From Raillietiella orientalis (Eukaryota), in NCBI GenBank assembly GCA_036172245.1, contig JAYWIR010000019.1, positions 434,001-498,000 on the forward strand: DNA of 64,000 bases, written 5' to 3'. The translations under genes and the position numbers were made by a program. The notes below the pieces were generated by a model. That model did not search any database. It saw only the letters and a list, made by a program, of their open reading frames with translations, and had not been told where the DNA came from. Shown here one piece after another: positions 24,721-36,489 of this stretch (positions are counted from its first letter, which is position 1; every line of letters starts with the position of its first letter).

Positions 24721-25450
24721 CCCTCTTCCCACCAACTGGCCTGTTGGAACTTGGTCAGGTCGCTCGAGAGGAGGACGTCCCACCGTGGTGTGTGTAGCAC
24801 CTCCCATTCTTTCGAAGGACACGAGCGTGGATCCGAAGGGTTGGAGATGCCTCTACGTGGATTCAGTGTATCGAAAAGATGGCGGCATACCAGGAGGGTC
24901 TTCACACGATCCCATCACTCTGGTCCGAGGTGAGGTGGTCCTTCCGGAAGCGCCGGCGCCGACGACGACCAGGAGCCTGTCGCTCCCCATAGAGGGAGGG
25001 TGACGGCTGATGAGGGCAATCCGTGCCAGGGAGGAGGATCTGCGTGACGTCCGTCGTCCTGGGCGTCTCTCTTGGAGACCGACAGGCTGAGGGAGTTATG
25101 GGAGTAGCGGACGTGGGAACGGTTCCGCTCGGGGGCGTGCTGCGAGCATCCCGCGGGTGCCGCCCAGAAACTGCCTTTTCCTGACATTCTTCCAGACGAA
25201 ACTTTGTTCGTAGCAGAGGCAACCGCTCTCTGGCGACGCTGTCCCGGCACGTCTGCAGGCGAAGGCACTGCCTCCCGTGCGTCCACGTGCAGGCCTACCC
25301 TCTTGCGTTCCTGGACCGCTTTTTCGAAGTCACCCTGTCTCCTCGCACGACGAGCATTTCTCTGCTCCCTTCCTGCATCCCGCCCGTTCGGCACCAGGAT
25401 CCGAGCTCTTCCCCGGTTCGTTTCGAGAGGAAATAGAAGAAAAATCGCCA
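24720..25450 (-). mobile_element. LINE ORF2 3' fragment
   Basis: RARILVPNGRDAG (post-RT L..P...GG-like), then WHGLPSS (zf-RVT H..LP-like), followed 3' by the minisatellite tail. Confidence 0.3.
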
Positions 25451-27479
25451 AATTGTAGATCTTACAGCGCCATCCGAACCCATTTCCTCTCCTCCTTTCT
25501 TACAGGCCACTGCATGAGGTGCGCCACTTGCAACCGACACGTTTCAAGTCCGGCAAAGTGGCGTCGCCGCGCGCGGTCAGCACGGCGGCCGACAGTGCGA
25601 CGCGCCGTGCGCTGGCACCTCAGTGCACGCAAGGCGGCCCCAACCCGGCCCCCTGCTCGGGTCTGGCTGGCTTCGCGACGAGCCGTGGCCAGGCCCCACG
25701 GCGGGTCGGTTCCAGGCGGCTCAAACTGGATTGAGACAGGATGAAGGAAATGCGCGGGAAGCAAATCGGACCTCGACCGGCTTGTGAACTTCGGTCACAC
25801 AGAAAAGGGAAGAAAGCAACGAAACCGCAGCAGCCTCGCGTCCATCCACTCTCTCCACAGCGTGAGGATAAGCTTTCCAGCGCCTTTCTTCTCCGATGCG
25901 AGCCTCCTCGCCGCCTGGCGAGAAGAGCGCGCGCGCAAAAGCGTGCGAAACGGACTCTGCCACGGAACTCTGTGACGTCAGCGCGCGCGGCCAGGATGGC
26001 GACTGCCAACAGTCTCGAAAAAATACGCGGGCAGGGCAGACGTCAGCCCGACCCTCCTCGACCTCGGAGAAACTTGGCGAGGAGGGTAGCAGACCGACTT
26101 TAAGCGATCCACCACGCGCCCTCTTCGTTACGCCGGCACCGTCCTGCCTCCGAAGCCAACCGGCGCCAGTCGTTGTACCTTATTCTTCCCTTTGCCAGAG
26201 ACCTGTGTGGTCCTTTTCCTCCTCCTCCTCGCATCCTTCGTCCTCTTCATCGACACCAACACCGTTTCCCGCCCGAAACGAGGATGCTGAAGGAGACCGG
26301 GAGAGCTCCTCTCTCTAAGCGAGGCACCAGCCGGGGAGCCATCCCTGGCCGGAAGGGATCCCGACCGCTCGCGGGGAGACGCCTGCCGAGGGCGCATCGA
26401 AACACCAAGATGGAAGAGCCCTGCGGCCGCGTCGCGCGCGCCAACCGCCTTCCCGTTTCTCCTCTCCCTCCACGAGGTGATCGACCCCTCCGTCGAGGGC
26501 AAGCGCGGCGGAGGGAGGGGCGTCGAGAAGAATGTTGCTGTCGGGACGCTCTTCCCCCCTGTCCCTGGGGGCTGCCGCCCTCACTGCCACGCCGCATCTG
26601 CTTCGCAGGGAGACCCGTGGTTTTTTTCCCAGCCGAAGAGTGGCGGCAGCTGGGCTGCTCCCTGTCTCCCTAGAAGGATGCTCGATCTCTTTCGTCTCAT
26701 TCTTTGATCACCTTGAGGGAGACTGCGGGTCAAGGGAAGGAGGATATTCTCCCCCCCCCCTCCCTCCTTGAAATCCTGGATTCGGGAGGGGAACGCATTG
26801 CCGGCCAAGCGGCCCGTGGTGGCACGGGAAACGTGGACGAAGACGTCCCAAACGTGTCGTCCTCGAATATATTCCTCCCTGACATCCCCTGGCCATACAG
26901 GGCCTCCTCTAAAAGGGGTTGCGCGAAATTTGGGCGGCGGTGGCTTCGAAGGTTCCTTCGGGCGATGGGAGCGGCACAGAACGAGCCACGACCTCGGCCT
27001 TCCTTGGTCTGGCGGAGATCAAGTGAAGGCTGCGCCCTGCCCTGGTCCATGTCGGCTCTCGGTGATCGCCCGGAGCCGCCCGCCGGGGACGGCGCGCGGG
27101 GGAGCACGGAGCATTCCTTCCGTCTAGGAGCAGAGGCTTTCCTCCTTGCAAGGCGGATCGGGGGGGGGGAGAGGAGGGAGGGGTCCTTCGAAAGAGTGCC
27201 ATACGAGACGGCACACCCTGAAGGCAAGGGATGGTGACGCTTGAACGCACGTAGCACTTCTGGGACACCGGTTGGCTCGCCGAATACCTCAGCATCGCCT
27301 GGACATCTGGGCAAAGGTGAAAGTGATGGAACGAAAGCGTTTCGTGAGATGTGATCCCTCGAAGTGACCGCACCCCATCAAAGTGGGTCAGATTACAACC
27401 AAAATGTCCAACACGGCAAAAGCCTTGCGGGATGGGAAAACGTGAAGTCAACAAAAGTTGAGGGGATTAGGCTTCCTGG

Positions 27480-27850
27480 ACAACCCATGGGACTCTCGGC
27501 TGCCAGGAGGTGCCCCGTACTTCATCGAGGACATCGGGGATTGCCCCTGCCACCACCTGCGGCGGTTTCGCTACCACCCCGTGCCCTTTCCGACCTCCCA
27601 GAGCGACGGAAGATCCCTCTGTCTTGGCCGCCGCCGCCGTCATCGACGTCTCTCAGGCGACCCAGCGCCCACGGAGTGCAGGAGCCACGCAGGCTGGGAT
27701 CCTCGAACTACCTCCCCCCCCCCCCCCCATCGAGGCGGTTCCTCGACCACCTGCAGCGCGCGTCATGCAGAAGAAGCGGCAGGTGGCTCAGAAGCTCAAG
27801 GCGGAGGAGCTGTCCTACCCGCAGAGGGTCCTCGGCTTCCGGTAAGGGAC
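27480..27850 (+). pseudogene. gag/ORF1 relic of an I/Jockey-group LINE
   Basis: APYFIED..PCHHLRRFRYH, LCLGRRRRH and TECRSHAGWD (three eroded knuckles), followed by MQKKRQVAQKLKAEELSYPQ, resembling the E.EI..IK....SY.EA motif. Confidence 0.35.
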
Positions 27851-28394
27851 GACCGTTGCGGAGGAGCCGACCCCGGTGGCAGGAGACAAGGGACGACCTC
27901 CTCCGGCGTGCACCAGAGGCTGGAGCAGCGCCTCGCCGAAGGCTCCTTCCCTCTCCAGAATGGACTGTCGACGCTCCTCCACGAAGGAACTGCCTCCCCG
28001 CCTCCTCCCAGGAGGAGCGATTCCACACAGCTGAGTGCGAACCGCGCCACTGATGACAGACCTCCGATCGAAGTGTCCGGTCAGGACGGACCCGTCGGCC
28101 GCAACGGGTGGAACTTGTTCCAAGAAATCCAAGAGCGTTTCCTTGAGGTGAATTCCGTCTGCAGGGAATGCTCGATCGACTCGCCTGCTGACTGCAACCC
28201 TTTCATCGATCGTAATTCGGAAGATCGTCGCCTCGCATCCGAAACCACGCAGCGCGTTCGAACCGGATCTGATCACCCGTAGCAAGCCGTGAAGGCAGCG
28301 GGCAGCCACGCCACCTTTGCTTGGTTCGCTTATCGACTTCCGGTCGGTTTCGGCGCCAACAGACAAACAACAACAACAACAACACGGATGCCCG

Positions 28395-28465
28395 CACCGG
28401 CGGGCGTGTGGTGGTTGCAGTTTCCACGCTGCACCAAGCGACCGAGGTTCGAATCCCCTGCGAGG
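28395..28465 (+). other. tRNA-derived (SINE-head-like) relic
   Basis: GTGGTGGTT A-box-like sequence about 35 nt upstream of GGTTCGAATCCC B-box; no intact cloverleaf. Confidence 0.3.
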
Positions 28466-29659
28466 CGGTTCGACTCCGATGGGGGGGGGAGGCGTCACTG
28501 GCTTGCCCCGGCGAACAGGTGATTCCCGGAGACCTTCCTGGAGTCCCTGGCTCCCTCCGGAGTTCCCCTTTCATCTAAAAAGGAAAACACGGGATGCATG
28601 CATATTGATGATGCAAGGAACGGGACGTAAACGGATACGCGAGCGAGGATATTCGTTGGAGAGGGAAGAAAAAAAATCCCCCCGATCGAATTTCCACTGC
28701 TCGTTTAATGAGTCTCATGCATGAGGCTCGCATGAGTTGCCTCCTTTCCATTAAGCTTTTCCTTTCCACGGGACCACACCAAGCACACGGGGAGAGCTCC
28801 GCGCGTCTCGAATCGTTTCTCTCCGGCCCGAGCGGGGCAAAGGGAATTCGATGACAGGAGCGGGAAGACATCCATCCGACCAGACGCGAAAGAGGAGCGG
28901 AAAGCTGCGGCGAGGGGAAGGAAGGGGAAAGGGGAGGGGAGGACGGAGGAAGCCATCAGGTGGCGTTGGGGAGCCCTTTCAACGCACGTTCCACTCTTGT
29001 CTTCTTTGAGCCGCCCTGCGGCACGGATACGGGCCGGGCGAGACCCTGGTTGTCTTATCCGTCCCGCGGGCAGCGTTGGCTGGGGGACGGTCGAACACGG
29101 TTGGAAGCGAACCGACGGTTTCAAGGCGACGGTCCGGGCGAATTGTGAAAACGGGCGAGCACGGAGCTGCGACACGTCGAAAGTCCGCCACTCTCTTTTT
29201 GCCTCCTTTTGTTTTGTTTTGTTCTCGGCCTTTTGTTTTTCCTTCTGCGACCCGTTGCTGTCCGAGGGAGACCGGTTTTCTCCCAAGCAATGGGAACCCG
29301 CTGAGGTCAGACCAAGCGGGTGCGGACGGGGGGCAGGGCAAACTTGAACCAGGTTGCCTCGCTCGCTCTGCAAGACCAGAACGAGTCCGTTCTATTTTTA
29401 GCCGTTGGCCGCCGCGCTTATTTTTAGCAACGGCAAGGCAGCTGCAACTTTCTAAACTTGCCGATTGAGAAACATCCGTGGATGAGTGGACTGCTGAGTG
29501 GTTTCGGAGGCGAAGGATTCGAGCGCTGCTGCGTCCCCGGAGCCCGCGAGGGCATTCTCATCCCGAGACCAGCCGAAACGAATAAAACAGATAGCATAAA
29601 TTTGTCGGTGGTAACGTGCACGGAATGCGCCATTTCCCTCCTCTTCCTGCTCCCTCCCT

Positions 29660-29692
<33 letters not shown>

Positions 29693-30148
29693 GCAGGAAG
29701 ATTCTGGTAGCCGAAGGGTGAAGGGCTGTGGAGAAGCTAAAGGTTTCGAGATTTATGAAGTCAGGCGTCTTCTGCAAGGCACTGATTTCGACTGCAAGGC
29801 TTTGCCATCTTCATTACTTCTGCTGCTGAAGAAAGGAAGGGGGGGGGAAAAAAAGCCGGAAAACCAACGCCCCATAAACTCGAGAGCCCTTGTAGGACTT
29901 GCGGACTTTCCTTGGGATGCTGTTCCAGATGCAAAACAGGTGCTGATTCCACGCTTATCCTTGCGCATCCGTGGTCCGTTCAGACATTAATGAATGGGAG
30001 GATTCCCTTTTTTTTTCCTTCTTTCTTCGAAGCTTTCAGAGTCGTTGTCATGAATATTGCCTGCACAAATGACGACTTTCATCGAACATTTCTCCTTAAG
30101 ACTCACTGTAGACAAATGCCTATATTGCCTATAGTGCATTCCTTTCAA

Positions 30149-31074
30149 TAAGAGGAGCATTTCAGTTGTAATAGCGGCTCGAATATAAAGAACGAACAAA
30201 TAGGGGGAACGAAAATGTATTGGTGGTGGTTCGAAACACGTGCATCCCCATGCCATTCTTCCACGTAGTCGCCATTCTTTCCCCAACCCCTTTCGACACC
30301 ATGGAAGGAGCTTTTTGGAACTGTCCGCATGAAATTCCGCCGCCTGAGAGTTCATTCAGTTCAGCAGCGCCGCAGTTTTCCACTCCTCGCCTTCCCCCTC
30401 GAACCGTCGAGCCACCCCTCAAGGCGCAGGAAGACGTGGTGGTCACTGGGCAGCACTGTGGGGTGGGTGATGTTGAAAAGTTCGCGTTTGAATTTCTGAA
30501 CTGTCTGGAATGTGCGGACAGCAGTGTGTGGGGGACCGAAAGGGTGCGCTTTTGGTGGTCTTCATGGAGCCTGGAGCAACCACCACTTCGCAAGTCCACA
30601 GTGGAACACTTTCAAAAGTGCGGCGTGCCATTCAGCAGGACCGACGACGTGGGATGCTGAGATCAGGAATTGCTGTTCTCCTTCACGACAACCCACGCCC
30701 ACACACTGCTGTCCAGACAATTCGGGAATTCGAACGCGAACTTTTCAACACCACCCACCCCGCAGTGCTGCCCAGTGACCACCACGTCTTCCTGCGCCTC
30801 GAGGGGTGGCTCGACGGTTCGAGGGGGAAGGCGAGGAGTGGAAAACTCTGCGGTGCTGCTGAACCGACTGAACTCCCAGGCGGCGGAATTTCATGCAGAC
30901 AGTTCCAAAAAGCTTCTGCCACGGTGTCGAAAGGGGTTGGGGAAAGAATGGCGACTACGTGGAAGAATGGCATGGGGATGCACGTGTTTCGAACCAGGAA
31001 GACATTTTTGTTCCTCTTGCTCGTTGTTCTTCCTTTCTATCCGATGCGACGTTACTTTTGAGATGCGCCTCGTA
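30149..31074. mobile_element. palindromic mariner derivative (MITE-like) built from two 3' ends
   Basis: Right TIR TTACTTTTGAGATGCGCCTCGTA (31052-31074); decayed left TIR TAAGAGGAGCATTTCAGTTGTAA (30149-30171); TA at both ends; inverted arms 30228-30532 and 30698-30995. Confidence 0.85.
30525..30970 (+). pseudogene. mariner transposase C-terminal half
   Basis: GDRKGALLVVFMEPGATTTS...LSKVRRAIQQDRRRGMLRSGIAVLLHDNPRPHTA...PSDHHVFLRL, then frameshifted SQAAEFHADSSKKLLPR and KNGDYVEE; mariner HDNARPH and GDYVEK motifs. Confidence 0.9.
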
Positions 31075-31273
31075 TTAGTACTTTACTATTACTCCCTAAG
31101 AAGTGTTAATGGAGATTTTCTTTCCCGCCAAATAATTCATTCTTAACGTTGGAAGCAGTCTCGCTCTGTATTCTCACCTGGACAATTTATAATTGAGATG
31201 TAACTTGCAATTCATAACTGAGCATCCGGTTGCTGCAGCGATCGAGTTTCGTCTTTTTCGATTTCTATTTTAC

Positions 31274-31464
31274 CTCGGCAGTCGGAATTCCCTATGCCTT
31301 GGAATTTCAATCAAGAGCTTCTTCACCCATTCATTGCCCAGTACTGGAAAGATAAGAAAATTCCTCTTCGGCAAAAAGGGATTCTCTCAGAAGCAAAACA
31401 CTGCTTTATTTGCCGACTTCTACTCTTCACTTCTCCCTCCGTATACGTACTGTATATATTGTGT
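31274..31464 (-). CDS. candidate host exons (14-nt micro-exon 31451-31464 and 70-nt exon 31274-31343), unknown gene
   Basis: Strong pyrimidine acceptors (TTTTCTTCCTTCTTACAG, TTTTCTTATCTTTCCAG) and donors GTACGT and GTAAAA. The joined frame is open: HNIYILGNEWVKKLLIEIPRHREFRLP. No homology recognised. Confidence 0.25.
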
Positions 31465-32449
31465 CTGTAAGAAGGAAGAAAACACTTGTTCAATGCTTTA
31501 AAGGTATGTTAAGCATCTTTGAAAATTGCTCCATCGTTTTCGTGCGGAACACTCCAGATCTTCAGCGAAGTTTAGAAACGGTTTCAGGAATTTCCTATGG
31601 TTTGGATTTGTTGTTAGGCATCATTAGATGGAATCAAAAAAAAAAAAAAAAAACAGCGGACAGCACGCAAGGGTGAATGAATGGTTTAGGTTGCAACCTT
31701 GATTCCTTTTCGATTCAAACTACTCTCTCGGCGATTTGTTAAACGTCAGGAGAAAAAAAAAAAAAAATGAAATATAAAAATCGCCCTCCAGATAAGATTT
31801 TCCTGATAGAGCAGGCGGCATCATTGACACAGATGAGACACCAAATCTGTACAGCGGTGTGAAAAGAGGCTGTTCACTGTGCTCATTACCGGAAGAAAAC
31901 AAAACAAAAACACACACACACACACAGTTTCGGCGGAAATTCGGTCCCCGTGAAACGTACGAAGGGCGTGGCTCTAAGAGCTGCGACCTGCATCTGGGAG
32001 AGCCTCAACCGCTAAGCTGCTGGAGCTCTCGAATCGGTTGCGTGCCATAACGTAAAGAAGGTTAGTTTAGACGTTTCGGTCACCGTGAGGTCATCGTGAA
32101 CCTTTGCCTGACCAAACGACTTCCCAGACGGCTTCACCTTCGACGCCAGTTTACGGAGATCACGTTGCTCCGGACGTTCATGGCGGTGTTGACCAGCCTG
32201 GTTCGAGCTTGCCGCAAGAGTTCCACGGAGCAGTCAGGACCCGCGCGCGCACGCGCGCGCGCGTTTTTTGGTCAGAAGCACAAGGCTTCAGGCACGCATT
32301 CCACGGGCAGACGGCTTTGCAAGAGACCGTTCTCGGAAAGCAGACCTTTCGCAAAAGCATTCGCCCAGGTCCTCCTGCCAGAAATCACCTTCCAGTCCCT
32401 TGCTCCCACCGAGCAGGAAGGGAGGGGGGGATAAACCGGCCAGCACCGG

Positions 32450-33400
32450 TCCTTCCGCTGACCAGTATTTCCTCGTTCATTTTCGTCAGTACTTCCGTGC
32501 TCTTTGGTTCCGTTGTGGTGGTTTTCCAAGGATCTCCCGAGCATGCATTGTACCTGATGAATGCTGATCGGGAACAGCTGAGCGAGATCTTGCAAGCATA
32601 TACTGCGTCCGTGCACCATACTGAGACGAACACACACACAGATGTGTATGTGTGTATAATTTGATATGTATTCATCATGCTGGGCCGCACGCGTGCGCAC
32701 CGAGTCGCTCGATCGAGGTGCCCACGCAGGCTTCGCGTGATACGGTGGCACGTCCAGACCCGCAGTATTTGAGTTTTTGTTTTTAAAATAAGCTCCCTGG
32801 ACTGACCGAGTGAAAAGCTCCTCCTGTTGCCAGAAAGCTAAGGGCCACGATGCGTCGGCAGATCCTCTGAAGCCACGCCAGCCATCTACCACCCGTCCCG
32901 GCCACGCCGGCCCCTCCAGCGCCTTCACCGGAATGCGCGCGGCGTGATCCCGGACGGTGAACTCTCGCTCGTCTGATCCGTCCAGACAGGCGAGGTTGCG
33001 AACCTGGCGTGCGCGCAGGTGCGATTCGCGCCGCCTCGGCACGGAAGCCATGATGTCCTCCTTCCTTCCGTCACCGGCGAGGCGTGCTCCCTTCGTACCA
33101 TCCGGCGATGCCACGGCACCACGCTTCTTGGTTTCGCGTTGCCGACTTGCTGTGGGTCCCACGATAGGTCCGTGATAGGAGTCGCATTTCCGGGAATTCC
33201 AGGAATGCACGCGCGCGCAGCAGAGGGAGCTGAGAACTCAGCTCCCTTCGGGGGATCGGAGATGCGGGATTCGAAGACGGTTCGCCGCTCCCGGCAGGCA
33301 CCTCTCACCCGGGGGACGTTCCTGACCTTTCCGAAGCAGAATAGTCGATGGCATCCTCCGGAGAGGAAAGAAAGGGCGTAAGTTGCAGCGGCGACGCGAG
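32450..33400 (-). pseudogene. decayed DNA-transposon transposase, possibly Sola-like
   Basis: Ordered motifs RAFL, GAVASPDGTKGARL (D.RG.H-like), IMASVPRRRESHLRA (I.S.P..ESHY.R-like) and LQDLAQL...RSLENHHN. The family assignment is from memory and uncertain. Confidence 0.35.
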
Positions 33401-34049
33401 GACCGCTGGAAGACGGGCGGTGCTTTCGAAATCTTGGATCGTTGCGCCCCGCCCTCGCGAAGGCGGAGAGGGAAGCGCCTCGCTTCCTCGTAGCCCCCAA
33501 GAGGACGGCGGATGCGGCGGAGCTCGGCAGTGAGCAGGAGGAACCACTGGGGAAACGGTCGTCGAGAGCGAATCCATCTGCCCGCCCGCAGCGTCCTTCC
33601 CCGCTCGGCGGTCGTCGCCGTGTAGACGCGCCTGGTCGGGGTCGGTAAGCTAAAAGGCAGCGCACTTCCGATCTGACCTCGGAGGGGGAAGGAGGGGGGG
33701 CAAGACAGGTGCATGACCTCTGCGCGTTCGCGCCGCGGAGGAGCCCAGCAAAGAGATGGGATTATTGCCGGCGGGCGGGCGGGAGACCTCGATGGCGGCG
33801 GAGGAGGGCGCGACCGTTTCGTCGCCGTCACGGATTGCCGGGTGTCTTCATCTAAAAATAGATGGCGAACAGTTTTCGGGAAGAATGGGGGGCCACTGCC
33901 CAAGGGTTCCTTGAAACCTCAACGGAAGTGCGCTATCCGACCCGGAGAACTTCGCTTACTCCGGGAGTTCCCGCTACTCGCCCCGTCGGTCCGGCTTCCA
34001 GCCTCGTGGTTCTTTAGCCGGGGAGACCTGAACTCCCAGAATGATGCCG

Positions 34050-34900
34050 GCGCCTGACCTCCCTGAGGGCACGAACAGGCAGGGGGCGGAGGACAGGGAA
34101 GATTCCCGGAGTCCACCTCTGGCAGACGAGGTGTCGTCGCTGGCTAGCTGCCCGGAGTCGCCCAAGGCCTTCTTGTAGCCCGCCTGCAGTTGGGGACACT
34201 CCTCATCGCATGAGGGCGATAGTGGCACCCCTGGACGACAGACACACCCTTCTTCCACCTTAGCGATCCCCGCTGCTGCCCCCCCACGCGGCAGGGGTTC
34301 TACGGGACGAGCCTTGCGGCAGCGACATGGAGAGGTCTCTTCGAGTAGGCTCCGCGGTAACGGAAATCTCCCCTTGACGAGGGGCAATCCTGAAGCACGC
34401 GAGGAGCACGTGCGGCAGCGTTGCCACTGTCCCGCACCGGGTGCACTCTCTGGGAAGCATCCCCTTCGCCGAGGAATGGTGGAGACCTTCCTCGTTCCCG
34501 AGGAAGGCCTTCTGCTCTACCAAGACGGCGGTCTGCTGGTAGCGTAGAGGTGGGTCGGAGCCAACGATCTTGAGGCTCCTAGGAAGCGCCGGGAAAGCCC
34601 TTGAGCACCACTCTCGAGCGAGGTCCTTGGACTCCTACCTCCCCCTTTGCTGATGCACAAGGACGCGTTCGCGAGCGGAAGGGAAAGTAGGCTCTCGGCC
34701 GAGCTTGGTCCGCGCCGCCCTTGGAGAATCCTCGTGACCCCCAAGAGCAGGTCAGTACCCGTCTCGCCCGGTAGGAAAAAACCACGGCAGCCACGGTCCT
34801 CGCATCGGCTCCGAGGCGGCGGTGATTCTCCGAATACTCCGGTGGCTCTCCACAGCACCACCACCACCACGACTTCCCACGGCGCTCCAGAAGACCACAC
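34050..34900 (-). mobile_element. LINE ORF2 3' fragment (zf-RVT)
   Basis: RECTRCGTVATLPHVLLAC; similar to PRCGKGATGSLVSLAC at ~47815. Confidence 0.55.
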
Positions 34901-35889
34901 CCTCGCGGCTCCGTCCTCGGGGCGGCCGCGCTGGCAAGTCGATCGCTGCCGGGCGAAACCGGACGCGCGTCGGCAGGCAGGAGTCGACCTTGGGGATCAG
35001 GAAAAAGGGATCGATCGCGACCCTGTTTCATCGCGCCCGGATCAGCCGCTCCCGGGAGCGATGCGCCAAAACGTCAAAAACTCGGCAAGACAGACTCAAG
35101 AAACGAATTGTCTGCGGTTCCAAAGCTCGCACCGGGTTCACTCGTCTGCCGCCTCCCGGTTCCCCCTCCCCCGACAAATAAATAAACCCCTCCAGGTTCC
35201 TGAGCACTGATTACGCGCGTCCTGGCTTTTCGGCGGCTTCCGGTCTCAGCGCCAAACGGAAGCGCAGTCGGCAAGGCGCAGTCTGAGGCGGCAAAGCCTT
35301 TCGGCACCATAGCGCCTGATCGAACGACAACCACGGAAGACACTCAGTGGCTCCTTCGCGACGACTAGCAGCAAGGAAGACAGGCAAGGCGCCTTCGCAA
35401 CAACTAGCGAGGAAGGCAGGCAGTGGGTCCGATAGGAGACGCCGGGCGGGCAACCGAATAGCCCGCGAAGACCATCCGGATAGGACGATCTCAACCTGGG
35501 GATGCTGGCAAGCTTTCCCGTAAAATAATCGAGGAGATGCGTTTCTAAGTGCACCCGAGAAGTTGACGGAGAAATTCTGAATACCGATACAACAGAAAAG
35601 CAGCTTGGAAGGGTAATACAATTTGTTACCCCTCAGCATATTGGCCCCAGACCGTGTTCCTGGAGCTGAGAGATGCGCAGGTCTTAAAAGCACTGCGAGC
35701 GCACTGCCTTTCGCTCGGCTGCACTTCCCGCGGATTCGAAATTGCGTCTTTCCGCTCGCCTTACGACGAGGAGGGGAGGGGGTGGGAAGGGGCTCCACGC
35801 CCATGGGGCATCACTGCTTGCCCGAAACTCGGGACTGACAGCGCATGAGGCATTCTTGAGGAGAGCTCATTGCCCCCCCCCCCCCCTGC

Positions 35890-35980
35890 TGCGACGCTGC
35901 CAGGGATTCGAACCCGCAACCTTCCGTTCCGCACCACGACGGGTCCCCTCTGCTCCCGCTTCGCCCTTGCGCGGGTGCCC
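35890..35980 (-). other. tRNA-derived SINE-head-like relic
   Basis: Minus strand GCGCAAGGGCGAAGCG...CGGAAGGTTGCGGGTTCGAATCCC (A-box-like and B-box). Confidence 0.35.
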
Positions 35981-36489
35981 ACAGGCCTCACCCTGGCGGA
36001 TCGCCCGCGCACCTCTGCCGCTCGGTCGCTGGCAGCTGCGTCCGGAGGACGCGCATCGGCCGTGCCGCACCTCACCACCGCACGTTCCGAGGCGCGCCGC
36101 GTTTCACTGCTGGCGGGCCGCACGCGTGGATTTCCTTCCGGATTTCCCCTGCCTCTGCGAAAAGGGGCGGTCCATTCCGAAGAAGCGCACGGCCTTTCCC
36201 ACTGACCAGCAAGGTCTTCCCAGGTCGGCGCGCGTCCCTCTGAGTTGGATGCTGCGACCGCCGGGGTGGACTGTCGTTCCACGCTGTCGCCGTCCAGTGG
36301 CTTGCCGCCGCATCTCTCCCGTCCCGAAAGTGCCATGGGGCAGCTGCGTCCCAGCGGCCCCGAGCGTCGTCGGTCGGTCCTCCGTGCAAACTTCCTGCCG
36401 GTCTTGGCCCACCCTCCCGGGGCCGCGCCGGTGTTCGGCACCTTCTCCGCCGGACTGGCGCAAACCGTCCGGTCGGCGGTGAGCAGCTC

